A program made the translations under genes and the position numbers. From Eledone cirrhosa (lineage: Eukaryota): DNA of 64,000 nt. Under the pieces are notes generated by a model, which made no database searches, was not told the DNA's origin, and worked only from the letters and a program-made list of their open reading frames with translations. Position 1 is the first letter of the stretch. Every line of letters begins with the position of its first letter. The stretch is from the NCBI GenBank assembly GCA_964016885.1, contig OZ024765.1, positions 10,416,001-10,480,000 of the forward strand. Reading direction: 5' to 3'. Below, in pieces: positions 1-12,169 of the stretch.

Positions 1-15
1 AAGAAGATCTCTCTA

Positions 16-67
<52 letters not shown>

Positions 68-904
68 TTGACTATATTATATGCATATATTATTATATCA
101 TAAATATATTATACATACACACATATACATATATAATACATATACACATATATTGTATCATACATACACATTATACATACACACACACACTCATATATAT
201 AAATATATGTGTGTATGTATGTGTAAAATGCCTGCTGCTGCTTCACAGAAGCTCAAAGTTGGTTACCTTTCATTATAGCATGGAAAAAAGTAATGTTGGT
301 CCTTTTGATGATGATGATGATGATGATGATGGCGTTGGTGGTGGTGGTGGAAGAAAAATGTTACTAAAGTACAATTGGTATTCCTTTTATATACCATGTG
401 GGCGTTCCCCCCTCTGTGTGTGTGTGTGTGTTTGTCTGTGTATGTGTGTTTGTGTATCTCTGTGTGTCTCTGTGTGTGTATCTATGTGTCTGCAGGTATG
501 TGTATGTGTGTCTATGTCTGTGCATATATTTCTCTGTTTGCGTATGTCTGAGTGTGTTTCTGTTTATCTGCGTCTGTCTATGTATGTGTGTATGTTTCTC
601 CTCTCTCTCTCTCTCTGTGTGTGTGTGTCTGTGGAGGTGTTAATGGTAAAGGTTGTGGTGGTGGTGGTGGTGGGGGACATGTTAAAGGATGGGGGTGGTG
701 GTGGTGGTTTAGATTCAAATTAATTACCCCCCCCCCCCATGTTTAAGGTGTCTTGTCCCATGGTTGTGTGATCCCCTTTATCAACTAGGTGTAATTAGGG
801 TAGATGGTGGTGATGGACGAATATGAACTTTGACCCTCTGTAAACAACTTGTTGCTGCTGCTGTCGCCTTAGCTAATTTCTATTATAAATTAGGGCTTTA
901 AAAA

Positions 905-1435
905 GGCGGGAATTGGCAGTGTGGAGATAGAATGTTTTTTGGTATTTGTTTCGGCATTCTACCCTCTGAGTTTAAATCCTGCCGAGGTTAACTTTGCCTT
1001 TCATCCATTTGAAGTTGATATAAAAAGAACCAGTCTATTACTTGGCTCAACTCTTTCTCCATATATCTTTCTCACGTCTTCTCCCTCACTTTTAATCCTT
1101 CTCTGGACCAAATCGGCTGTGTTCAGACCTGGAAAGAAATGGGCTCCACCAGGCTTAACCCTTTAGCATTTACATTACTCTATGTTTTACTATTGTATTT
1201 TCGCAGTGAATGCCTTATCTCACATAATATTGAATCTACAAGATTTTGATGTTATTTATTTTGAGAACGATACCTTTGCATGATTATGGGCAGCCGGTTA
1301 CGGTTGACGGCTGGTTTGAACAGAAAGGGGTGAGAGAATTCTGGCCGGATACAGCCGGTTTAAATGCTAAAGGGTTAAAAATGCCCAAGAAATGCTGTGC
1401 CATTATGGTGCCCCTAGACTCAGGAATTATGGGAT
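905..1435 (+). mobile_element. tRNA-derived SINE (type B, central motif ttgcctttcatcc...gataaa...accag) interrupted by a MITE
   Basis: A/B-box-like head. Uninterrupted paralogues lie on the - strand at about 39775-40105 and 40900-41213. Confidence 0.7.
1159..1374 (+). mobile_element. piggyBac-like MITE family A, complete copy
   Basis: TIRs CCCTTTAGCATTTA / TAAATGCTAAAGGG flanked by TTAA at 1155-1158 and 1375-1378. Further copies near 1462, 8138, 10100, 12893, 16692, 17676, 29597, 34275, 37086, 37314, 44250, 60136 and 61439. Confidence 0.88.
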
Positions 1436-1461
1436 AAAGAAGATAGATAGATGGCTTTTAA

Positions 1462-2172
1462 CTCTTTAGCATTCACATTACTCTATTTTATATTTTCATG
1501 GTAAAGGCTTTACCACACATAATTATTTCACATAACATTTACATTACTCTATATATACTATTATATTTTCATGGTAAAGGCTTTACCACACATAATTATC
1601 TCACATAACATTCACATTACTCTATAAATACTTTTATATTTTCATGGTAAAGGCTTTACCCACATAATTATCTCACATAACATTCACATTACTCTATAAA
1701 TACTTTTATATTTTCATGGTAAAGGCTTTACCACACATAATTATCTCACATAACATTCACATTACTCTATAAATACTTTTATATTTTCATGGTAAAGGCT
1801 TTACCACACATAATTATCTCACATAACATTCACATTACTCTATAAATACTTTTATATTTTCATGGTAAAGGCTTTACCACACATAATTATCTCACATAAC
1901 ATTCACATTACTCTATAAATACTTTTATATTTTCATGGTAAAGGCTTTACCACACATAATTATCTCACATAACATTCACATTACTCTATAAATACTTTTA
2001 TATTTTCATGGTAAAGGCTTTATCTCACATAATTATCTCATAATATCGAATCTATGAGATTTTGAAAGTATTTATTTTGAGAACAATACCTTAACATCAG
2101 TTTGAACGACCGGTTACAGCCAGTTTCAACAGAAAGAGGTAGAGAATTCTGGCCAGTTTGAACATTAAAGGG
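1462..2172 (+). mobile_element. MITE A copy with an internal 73-bp tandem expansion (about 8 units)
   Basis: TTAA at both ends. Unit starts at 1681, 1754, 1827, 1900 and 1973. Confidence 0.85.
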
Positions 2173-2420
2173 TTAAACACAACATTATTCACTATGTACA
2201 TGGTGTGCAGGCGGTGGAATGGCAGTCGTTAGAGCATCTGTGTCAAGTGCTTAATAGTCTGTTTTGTTTATATTTCCTGAGTTCAAATCCCATCAAGGTG
2301 AATTTTGCCTTTCATCCTTCCAGGGACAAGGGAATATAGAACCAGATAAATAAATATTCTCTCCTCCAAATCACTGGCTTTGTGCCTAAAATACAAACCA
2401 TACATATATACATGTGTGTG

Positions 2421-2469
<49 letters not shown>

Positions 2470-2569
2470 AGGGAGGGGAATGTGCAGTTACTGTAGGTTC
2501 ACCCAGGTGAGTACTCGATGCTTAGATTCACGTCTGTGACGAGGTGTAGAGCTAAACAGAGTGTAAATA

Positions 2570-2855
2570 TAATAATAAAAGGACGATTTGTTATGCCTTT
2601 GTTATGTTTATTGATTGGTGGCGCGCGTTTTGCTATTGATCAGCTCAATCTTCAATTTATATCGATCTGGCCCGAATCTGGAATCAAAAGCTCGTCGGAC
2701 CTCTGCAGTGGTAATGACAGCAAAGGTCCGACAAGTTTTTGATTCCAGAGTCGGGCCAGATGGATATAGATTGAACCTTGAGCCGATCAATAGCGAAACG
2801 CTCATCACCCATCAATAAACGTAATGAAGACATAAAAATCATCCTTTTATTATTA
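2570..2855. repeat. Long imperfect inverted repeat (arms about 137 bp, 13-nt loop)
   Basis: 2570-2706 aligns to the reverse complement of 2720-2855 over its whole length with scattered substitutions. Confidence 0.92.
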
Positions 2856-2879
2856 TTATTATCATTATTATATATATAT

Positions 2880-3224
2880 CATCATCATCATCATCATCAT
2901 CATTTTACGTCCACTTTTTCCCTGCTTGCAAGGGTGGGACGGGAACTGATTCTGGCTCGATTTCTATGGCTGGATGCCCTTCCTAACACCAACCTCATTT
3001 ACAGTGAGTGCTGGGTGCTTTTTTGCCGTGGCACCTCCACAACCACTTTGCAGTGGAATGATATGGACCCCAGTCCCTATCATCTCATTTCTACAGCTGA
3101 GTAAACTGGAGCAATGTGAAATAAAGTGTCTTGCTCAAGGAAACAACACATGACCCGGTCTGAGAATTGAACTCACAACCTTTTGATTGCAAGGACAATG
3201 CTGTAACCACTAAGCCATGTGCCT
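2880..3224 (-). mobile_element. tRNA-derived CORE-like SINE (type A) with RTE-LINE tail
   Basis: Reverse complement of the 34441-34795 copy, ending in (GAT)n. Confidence 0.88.
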
Positions 3225-3389
3225 TTATATATAACCAAAGTGGTTGTGGAGGTGCCATGGCAAAAAAGCACCCAGCACTCACTGTAAATGAGGTTGGTGT
3301 TAGGAAGGGCATCCAGCTGTAGAAATCATGCCAGAATCAGTTCCCTTCCCACCTTTGCAAGCAGGGAAAAGCGGATGTAAAAATGATGA

Positions 3390-3444
<55 letters not shown>

Positions 3445-3920
3445 GTTGAATTTCGTAATAAATGTCCAAAGTTGGTAGAGCACTTAATCCGAGGGACGAG
3501 TTGTGTTATATAAAATTATTTATTACCTCAATAGGACATTTTCCGAATACATGTTTTACTAAGAGGATCTAAATATACCCTGCCAGTTTGTCGAGAGAGA
3601 TGGTGATGTGATGTGGTGAGGTGTGGGGTGATGCGTAGGGTGGTGTAGGGGAAATATTTGAAGGATGAAGTGAGAGAAATTGTTGTAGACTTTGATGGAA
3701 TTGGAGAAATGTAAAAGAGATATGCCGAGAGATTGTTGAATGTGAAGAATGGATGGGATGGCAGCATAAATAGCAATGCAGTTCTCAGACCAGCAGAAGT
3801 GATAACTGAGGAAGATGCTGCGGAGGAAGGGCAGTAGTTGTAGGAGATGTGTTAACGGCAGCAGTGGGAAGTTGTTTTATGAAGAGGATGACAACAGGGA
3901 TCTGTAGGTCGGTGGTGATT

Positions 3921-4297
3921 GGAAGTTCAGTATTCTGATCCTTTTCTACAAGAAGAAAGGCGATCCTCTAGACCAGGGTCCTCCAAAGTGGTCGATATTG
4001 ACCTCTGGGGAGGTTGATGGGGCTCTCAAGGGGTCGATAAATGCTTGGGGGTGAAAGAAGGCTGTAGTCCAGTGAACTGGAAGTTCAGTATTCTGATCCT
4101 TTTCTACAAGAAGAAAGGCGATCCTCTAGACCAGGGTCCTCCAAAGTGGTCGATATTGACCTCTGGGGAGGTTGATGGGGCTCTCAAGGGGTCGATAAAT
4201 GCTTGGGGGTGAAAGAAGGCTGTAGTCCAGTGAACTGGAAGTTCAGTATTCTCATCCCTCTCTACAAGAAGAAAGGTGATCCTTTAGACCAGGGTTC
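3921..4297 (+). repeat. 158-bp tandem duplication (about 2.4 copies) joining a LINE RT scrap (WKFSILIPxYKKKGD) and a hAT-like end
   Basis: ggaagttcagtattct recurs at 3921, 4079 and 4237. Confidence 0.75.
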
Positions 4298-4300
4298 TAG

Positions 4301-5888
4301 ATGTCATGACAAAAGGCACCCAGTCCACACTGTAAAGTGGTTGTTTAGGTGTCACAAGAAAAAGCACCCAATCCACACTGTAAAGTGGTCGTTTAGGTGT
4401 CACGACAAAAGGCACCCAGTACACACTGTAAAGTGGTTGTTTAGGTGTCACGACAAAAGGCACCCAGTACACACTGTAAAGTGATCGTTTAGGTGTCACG
4501 ACAAAAGGCACCCAGTCCACACTGTAAAGTGGTTGTTTAGGTGTCACAAGAAAAAGCACCCAGTCCACACTGTAAAGTGGTCGTTTAGGTGTCACGACAA
4601 AAGGCACCCAGTACACACTGTAAAGTGGTTGTTTAGGTGTCACGACAAAAGGCACCCAGTACACACTGTAAAGTGATCGTTTAGGTGTCATGTCAAAGGC
4701 ACCCAGTACACACTGTAAAGTGGTTGTTTAGGTGTCATGACAAAAGGCACCCAGTACACACTGTAAAGTGATCGTTTAGGTGTCACAACAAAAGGCACCC
4801 AGTACACACTGTAAAGTGGTTGTTTAGGTGTCACGACAAAAGGCACCCAATCCACACTGTAAAGTGGTTGTTTAGGTGTCACGACAAAAGGCACCCAGTC
4901 CACACTGTAAAGTGGTTGTTTAGGTGTCATGACAAAAGGCACCCAGTCCACACTGTAAAGTGGTTGTTTAGGTGTCACGACAAAAGGCACCCAGTCCACA
5001 CTGTAAAGTGGTTGTTTAGGTGTCACGACAAAAGGCACCCAGTCCACACTGTAAAGTGGTTGTTTAGGTGTCACGACAAAAGGCACCCAGTCCACACTGT
5101 AAAGTGGTTGTTTAGGTGTCACGACAAAAGGCACCCAGTCCACACTGTAAAGTGGTTGTTTAGGTGTCACGACAAAAGGCACCCAATCCACACTGTAAAG
5201 TGGTTGTTTAGGTGTCATGACAAAAGGCACCCAGTCCACACTGTAAAGTGGTTGTTTAGGTGTCACGACAAAAGGCACCCAGTCCACACTGTAAAGTGGT
5301 TGTTTAGGTGTCATGACAAAAGGCACCCAGTCCACACTGTTAAGTGATCATTTAGGTGTCACGACAAAAGGCACCCAGTCCACACTGTTAAGTGATCGTT
5401 TAGGTGTCACGACAAAAGGCACCCAGTCCACACTGTTAAGTGATCGTTTAGGTGTCACGACAAAAGGCACCCAGTCCACACTGTTAAGTGATCGTTTAGG
5501 TGTCACGACAAAAGGCACCCAGTCCACACTGTTAAGTGATCGTTTAGGTGTCACGACAAAAAGCACCCAGTCCACACTGTAAAGTGGTCGTTTAGGTGTC
5601 ACGACAAAAGGCACCCAGTACACACTGTAAAGTGGTCGTTTAGGTGTCACGACAAAAGGCACCCAGTACACACTGTAAAGTGATCGTTTAGGTGTCACGA
5701 CAAAAAGCACCCAGCACTCACTGTAAATGAGACTGGCGTTAGGAAGGGCACCCAGCTGTAGAAACCAAGCCAAAATCAGTTCTGCACGAGCAAGACATGG
5801 TCACCTGACCTGGCATTGCTCACAACAGGATAAACTTGTCTAACCGATACTAGCGTGGAAAAATGATGTTAAGCGATGATGATGATTA
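4301..5888 (+). repeat. 48-bp minisatellite (about 30 units) running into an RTE LINE 3' end
   Basis: Unit gtgtcacgacaaaaggcacccagtccacactgtaaagtggttgtttag. After about 5728 it continues as gttaggaagggca...tagcgtggaaaa...gatgatgat. Confidence 0.95.
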
Positions 5889-5977
5889 TATATATATACG
5901 GAAAACACAACAAACTATGAGGTTCAATGAAGATATTTATTAGTTTTTTTTCACACTTAATATAGTAGGCATAGTCT

Positions 5978-6009
5978 TAACGTCGTTTCGGACACTAGTC
6001 TTTCATCAG
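5978..6009 (-). ncRNA. Minimal hammerhead-ribozyme-like motif (Penelope/retrozyme type), degenerate
   Basis: The minus strand reads CTGATGA-a-agac-tagt-gtcc-GAAA-cgacg-TTA. Its flanks match the copies at 52301, 63057 and 63594. Confidence 0.45.
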
Positions 6010-6429
6010 AATATAGAATGAGAAATTAAAGAAGAAATAAAAAGTTATCAGAAAGTGAGTAGAAGCAGAAATGAAGAAAAAAATGTCTTTACAAAAAAAA
6101 ACAAAAAAAAACAGTTCTGTTCATTCTGCCATTTCTTGGTGTTAGTGTCTAGTTTATTCCATCATTGAAATAATGGTAATTCCAGTAGCTAGCTGAGAAA
6201 GAATCACATAAAGTTACTGATAGCGAATTATTCATTCTCAGTCCAGACAGCATACAATAGATAGAGATGATGGTATACTGGTATATGGTAGCGGTTGCTA
6301 ACACCTGGTTTATAGTCAGCTACTGGTGTGTGTGTGTGTGTGTGTGGGCAGAGAGAGGGTTTGCATATGTAAGTATGTGTGTGTGTGTGAATGGGGAGTG
6401 GGTTGCATACATAAATATTTGTAGTGTGG

Positions 6430-6764
6430 TGTATGTATGTATGTATATAATTGTGTATGCATGCATGTATGTATGTATGTGCATCTATATGTATGTATGC
6501 CACCCCCACGTGTTTGTGTGTATATATATATATATGTGTATGTGCATATATATGTGTGTGTATGTATATGCATATATATATATTGTATGTATGCATGTGC
6601 ATATATATATATATATATATATTGTAAGTATGCATGTGCATATATATATATATATTATATGTATGTATGTGCATATATATATATATATATTGTAAGTATG
6701 TATGTGCATATATATATATATTGTAAGTATGCATGTGCATATATATATATATTATATGTATGTA

Positions 6765-6809
<45 letters not shown>

Positions 6810-7045
6810 TGTGCATATATATATATATATATATGTATGCATGTGCATATATATATATATATATGTATGCATGTGCATATATATATATATATATGTATGC
6901 ATGTGCATATATATATATATATGTATGCATGTGCATATATATATATATATATATGTATGCATGTGCATATATATATATATATATTGTAAGTATGCATGTG
7001 CATATATATATATATTATATGTATGTATGTGCATATATATATATT
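6430..7045. repeat. Compound (TA)n/TGCA microsatellite
   Basis: Direct reading. Confidence 0.95.
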
Positions 7046-8896
7046 TTTTATTGCTTTGGCGTTATCGCTGTTTATGGTTGACAGGGTGGTACCGTCACTG
7101 CGACGACTGCAACCTGTATACACAACACTGGTCTATGTTGTTGCTATTGTTGTCGTTTGTTGCCGTTGTGTTTTACTGTGGTAGTTGCTTTAGTTGTTGG
7201 TGTCAATAGGGTGTATGAGCAAGACACATTCATCTAATCTGGCTTGTCTCACGAGACAACTTGTTTAACCCATGCTAACATGGAAAAATGTATGTTAAAC
7301 TGATGATGATGACGACAACACTGTTTTCTACCCTGAAGACCTGGGAAAGCATGGGCACCCAGGCTTTTAAAAATACCATACGAGCCCAAGAAATACCATA
7401 CGAGGGTCACCTGAGAAAAATACTATTACGGAATGACTAAATGAGGTTTATTTTTCAACGTAATTCCTAGAAAGAAACAATTCAGTTATTAATAATTGTT
7501 TCTACTATTGGCACAAGGACAGCAATCACCCAGTGCATTACTGGTACTTTATTTTATCGACCCCGTAAGGATGAAAGGCAAAGTTAACCTCGGTGGGATT
7601 TGAACTCAGAATGGCAAGGGCCGTAACTCTATGTGTCAAAGTATGGCGTCTGACCCTCTACCGATACTGCCAATTCACCGCCTTTATTAATATGAGTTGA
7701 AATTAATGCATGGAAGATTTCACAGTTCTAGCATCACTCCTTCATAGTCAGTCTATGAGCTTTTAGGCTGACCTTTGTATGTCACTATGGCCTCCCTATG
7801 ACTCCACTAGGAGCTACAGGTCCATACATACATGTATGTATGTTTGTCAGTGTGACGTGTTTGTACTATGTTTGAACATATTGGTAGTTATATGCCATTG
7901 TAGCTCTCACTGAATGAAGAAAATATTGTATATGTGTATGTATGTAAATATACACACACACACATTAAGATGGTTGATTTTTGTTGATGTCTGTATATTT
8001 TCAAATAATTAAAAAATTTGGAGGGATTTAGTAATATAACTAACTTTCTCATTATTAGGTTGGTGTTTGGAACACATCGTAAAGATCCTTACGTAGAATT
8101 AATGAGGAAGATTTTAAAATAAATATAAACACTTTAACCCTTTAGCATTCACATTATTTTATATCCTGCCGAGGTTGACTTTGCCTTTCATCCTTACGGG
8201 GTCGATAAAATAGAGTACCAGTAATGCACTGGGTATTTTCTGGCCTTGTGCCTAAAGTAGAAACAATTATTTTATATATACTATTATATTTTCATGGTAA
8301 AGGCTTTACTTCACATGATTATCTCACATTATATCGAATCTATGAGATTTTGAAAGTATTTATTTTGAGAACAATACCTTAACATCAGTTTGAGCGACCA
8401 GTTACAGCCAGTTCAACAGAAGGAGGTAGAGAATTCTGGCCGGTTTGGGCTGGTTTGAACACGAAAGGGTTAAAACAAAGTTTCTATTATAGAATCAGTG
8501 GTGGTGGGTGGTTGGTTGGTTGGCAGGAGTATGGAAGGGTTTAAATTTAGTTAGTTAGCAAATGTCCTTCTCAGAGACATCATTGATTCTTACAGCCCCC
8601 TCCCCTTTCTCCACTTACTACCAGTAAGAGCCCAACTTAAGCTGATTAAAGGATCACAGTAGGATTAAGAAGGTTGCAAACAGACTCTGGGATCTCTGTC
8701 AGACACCTCAGTGTATTGGAAGCAATCTTATGTCTGCGTCGAAGTATTAGAAGACAATATCTTGTCGTGGAATTCTTCACATTCTTCCCACTTCTTGTAT
8801 AATTCCATCTCTTCTACATCAGTTGTCTTTCAATGTGTGTGTGTGCATGTGTATATATATTTATATATATGTGTATGTGTGTGTGTGTGTATATAT

Positions 8897-9010
8897 GAAA
8901 ATGTTTAACCCCGACGGCAGAGCTCAAGCCGTTTCGACGGCTATTTCTGGACTCATCCAGAAATAGCCGTCGAAATGGCTTGAGCTCTGCCGTCGGGGTC
9001 AAACATTTTC
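8897..9010. repeat. Near-perfect hairpin, 55-bp arms with 4-nt loop
   Basis: gaaaatgtttaaccccgacggcagagctcaagccgtttcgacggctatttctgga-ctca-tccagaaatagccgtcgaaatggcttgagctctgccgtcggggtcaaacattttc, with two non-Watson-Crick positions. Confidence 0.95.
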
Positions 9011-9382
9011 CTATTACCCACTCTACTACCCTAAGTATTGAGTATTCTGGTGCGTTATGGTCCATCTTGTTCCTTACTACAATTCCTTCGTTATATATAT
9101 GAGAGAGAGAGAGAGAAGTTAGATTTGCAGCTTATGAAACTTTATTGCATATTACAATTATATTGATATCGATCAGCTTGGGTTTGATAAGGCAGTCGGA
9201 TCTCGACTGCCTTATCAACACTTCTTGAGATATACGTCACTTCTAGTAACCATATATCATCATCATTGTTTAACGTCCAGCTTCCATGCTAGCATGGGGT
9301 TTGAACCACTTGAGGCAAAATTGGCCATGTGACTGTGTCTCGCTCGTACAGAACTATTTCTGGCAGGTTTTCTGTGGCTGGA

Positions 9383-9424
<42 letters not shown>

Positions 9425-9425
9425 A

Positions 9426-9458
<33 letters not shown>

Positions 9459-9486
9459 ACAAAATATATATATATATATATATATA

Positions 9487-9833
9487 ACAAAATACACCCC
9501 GTCCCACCACCACCACCCCCACCCCATCCACACCACCCCGTTCTATGTAAAGTTATGTTGGTGCCGCGCCATCCAGGCCGAAACAAATGAGATCGTGTAG
9601 GTGTCACGACAAAAAAAACACACAGTCCACGCTGTAATGTGGCCGTGTAGGCAAGACGGTAAAAACCTCCCAGACCCACACTGTAAATGTGGTTGGTGTT
9701 AGGAAGGGCATCCAACTGTAGAAAACCTGCCAGACAGTCCTATGCGAGCAAGACAATCACTCTTGCCTCAAGTGGGACTACCCCCGTCCAAACCCATGCA
9801 AGCGTGGAACACGGACGTTAAACGTTGATGATG

Positions 9834-9835
<2 letters not shown>
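9487..9835 (+). mobile_element. 5'-truncated RTE LINE (3' UTR only)
   Basis: Nearly identical to 31831-32170, which follows an RT C-terminus. Confidence 0.88.
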
Positions 9836-9884
<49 letters not shown>

Positions 9885-9923
9885 TATATATACACATCCA
9901 GCCATAGAAAACCTGCCAATGAT

Positions 9924-9961
<38 letters not shown>

Positions 9962-10099
9962 ATCATTGTTTATTTTCTATGCTTGTATGAGTTAGATAGT
10001 TTGTCACGTTCTTATACTAGAGAGCTCAGACAACTATATTTTGCTCATACATTCCCCCCTTGCTTGGTTTCTATGGCATGTAATGGGTGCGTTTTATTG

Positions 10100-10801
10100 T
10101 GGCAGTGCTAACTACCACTTAACCCTTTAATGCTCAAACTGGCCGAAACCGGCCAAAATTCTCTACCTATTTCTGTTGAAACTGGCTGTAACCGGTCATT
10201 CAAACTGATGTTAAGGTATTGTTCTCAAAAGAAATACTTTCAAAATCTCATAGATTCGATATTATGTGAGGTAAAGCCTTTACCATGAAAATACAATAGT
10301 ATATATAGAGTAATGTAAATGTTATGCGAGATATTATGTGAGGTAAAGCCTTTACTGTGTCAATACAATAGTATATATAGAGTAATGTAAATGTTATGCG
10401 AGATATTATGTGAGGTAAAGCCTTTACTGTGAAAATACAATAGTATATATAGAGTAATGTAAATGGTATGTGAGATATTATGTGAGGTAAAGCCTTTACT
10501 GTGACAATATAATAGTATATATAGAGTAATGTAAATGTTATGTGAGCTAAAGACTTTACTATGAAAATACAATAGTATATATAGAGTAATGTGAATGTTA
10601 TGTGAGATATTATGTGAGGTAAAGCCTTTACTGTGAAAATACAATAGTATATATAGAGTAATGTAAATATTATGTGAGGTAAAGCCTTTACTGTGAAAAT
10701 ACAATAGTATATATAGAGAAATGTAAATGTTATGTGAGGTAAAGCCTTTACTGTGAAAATACAATAGTATATATAGAGTAATGTAAATGCTAAAGGGTTA
10801 A
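10100..10801 (-). mobile_element. MITE A copy with an internal 60/72-bp tandem expansion
   Basis: Same TIRs and TTAA. The same subterminal segment is amplified as in 1462-2172. Confidence 0.85.
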
Positions 10802-12169
10802 CAGAGTGGACTTGGTGCTTCTGATTCAAATTCAGAAGCAAGGTTATATATGACTAGTTGCAGCCTGGTTTTCCTTAGGACATATAAACACACATGTTGG
10901 TAGGCTTCTACTTAAAATTCCCATGTTTTCAGGTGACAACACATCTCTACCTATCTATTTATCTTTTACACACCCACCCTCTCACTGTAATTCTCTCTCA
11001 ACTACTACTACAACCTGTTTTCTTCTTTCTCTTCTCTTCTTCTTCATCTTTCTTCTTTTTCTTCTTCTCCTTCTCCTTCTTCGTTTTCTCCTCCTCTTTT
11101 TTGTGAGAGCCATGGAGGCAGAGTCCTCAAACACTCCCTCCAGCTGGTCCTGTCAGAAGCAATGGTCTCTGGCTGTATCCCTGGGTGTCATAAGGGCCAG
11201 TGCCAAGAAGGGCATCCAGCTGTAAAACATTGTCTCAATATATTTTGTCCAAAGCCACGCCAGCATGGTAATGTGGGCATAAAAAAATGATATGTTATGT
11301 GTGTTTGTGATGGCAGAGGAGGGGTGCTAAATAATATATTCTTTGGAGTATGTATAATAATGACATTTAGATTTTGGTAAAGATATATATTGGTTTATTG
11401 TGAAATATTAATGAGAGAAAGAGATATCTTAAAACAAACAGACAAAAGGAGATAGATATATATAGCTTGATTAGAGATATTAGTGAGAGATAGCTTAAAG
11501 CACACACACACACATATATATATATATAGCTTAATGAGAGATATTAACGAGAGAGAGAGAGAGCTTAAAACACACACACACACAGTAAGTGAGAGATTAA
11601 CGAGAGAGATATAGCTTGATGAAAGATATTAACAAGAATGATAGCTTAATGAGAGATAGCTTAAAACAGAGTGAGAGAGAGTTTAATGAGAGATGTTAAC
11701 GAGAGATAGCTTAAAACAGTGAGAGAGATTACTGAGAGATATTAACGGGAAGGATAGATTAAGAGAGAGATGAATGAAGATATAGGTATTGATTATTAAT
11801 TATCTATATTAATGTAAAAAGATGGACAGAGAAGTTGAATTTGAAATATAAGTCTGGGGTGGAATCAATATTTTAGTAGTTTTTTTTTTGTTTTGTTTTT
11901 ATTATTTTTTGATTGATTGATTGATAACCAAAGCTGTTCTATCTTCTGTATTTCTAATCAATATTTTTGGTTGCCTTTCTGAGAAATATGGAAATTTCTG
12001 AAGAATTTATGATTTTGAAAATGCTCTTTTTTTCAAAATGTATATTAATATTAATGTTTAACCCTTAATGTCCTGTATGACACCAAACTGCATTAACAAG
12101 ACATTTTTGAAAAGTACAAAACAGCATAATGGCTATATCACATTAAAAATTGAAGTCTTTACTTACTTT

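Noticed and set aside
211-746. ORFs near the window start as additional exons
   Set aside because: They are made of GAT, GGT and GT microsatellites with no recognisable domain. I could not identify the upstream 5'UTR exon or promoter.
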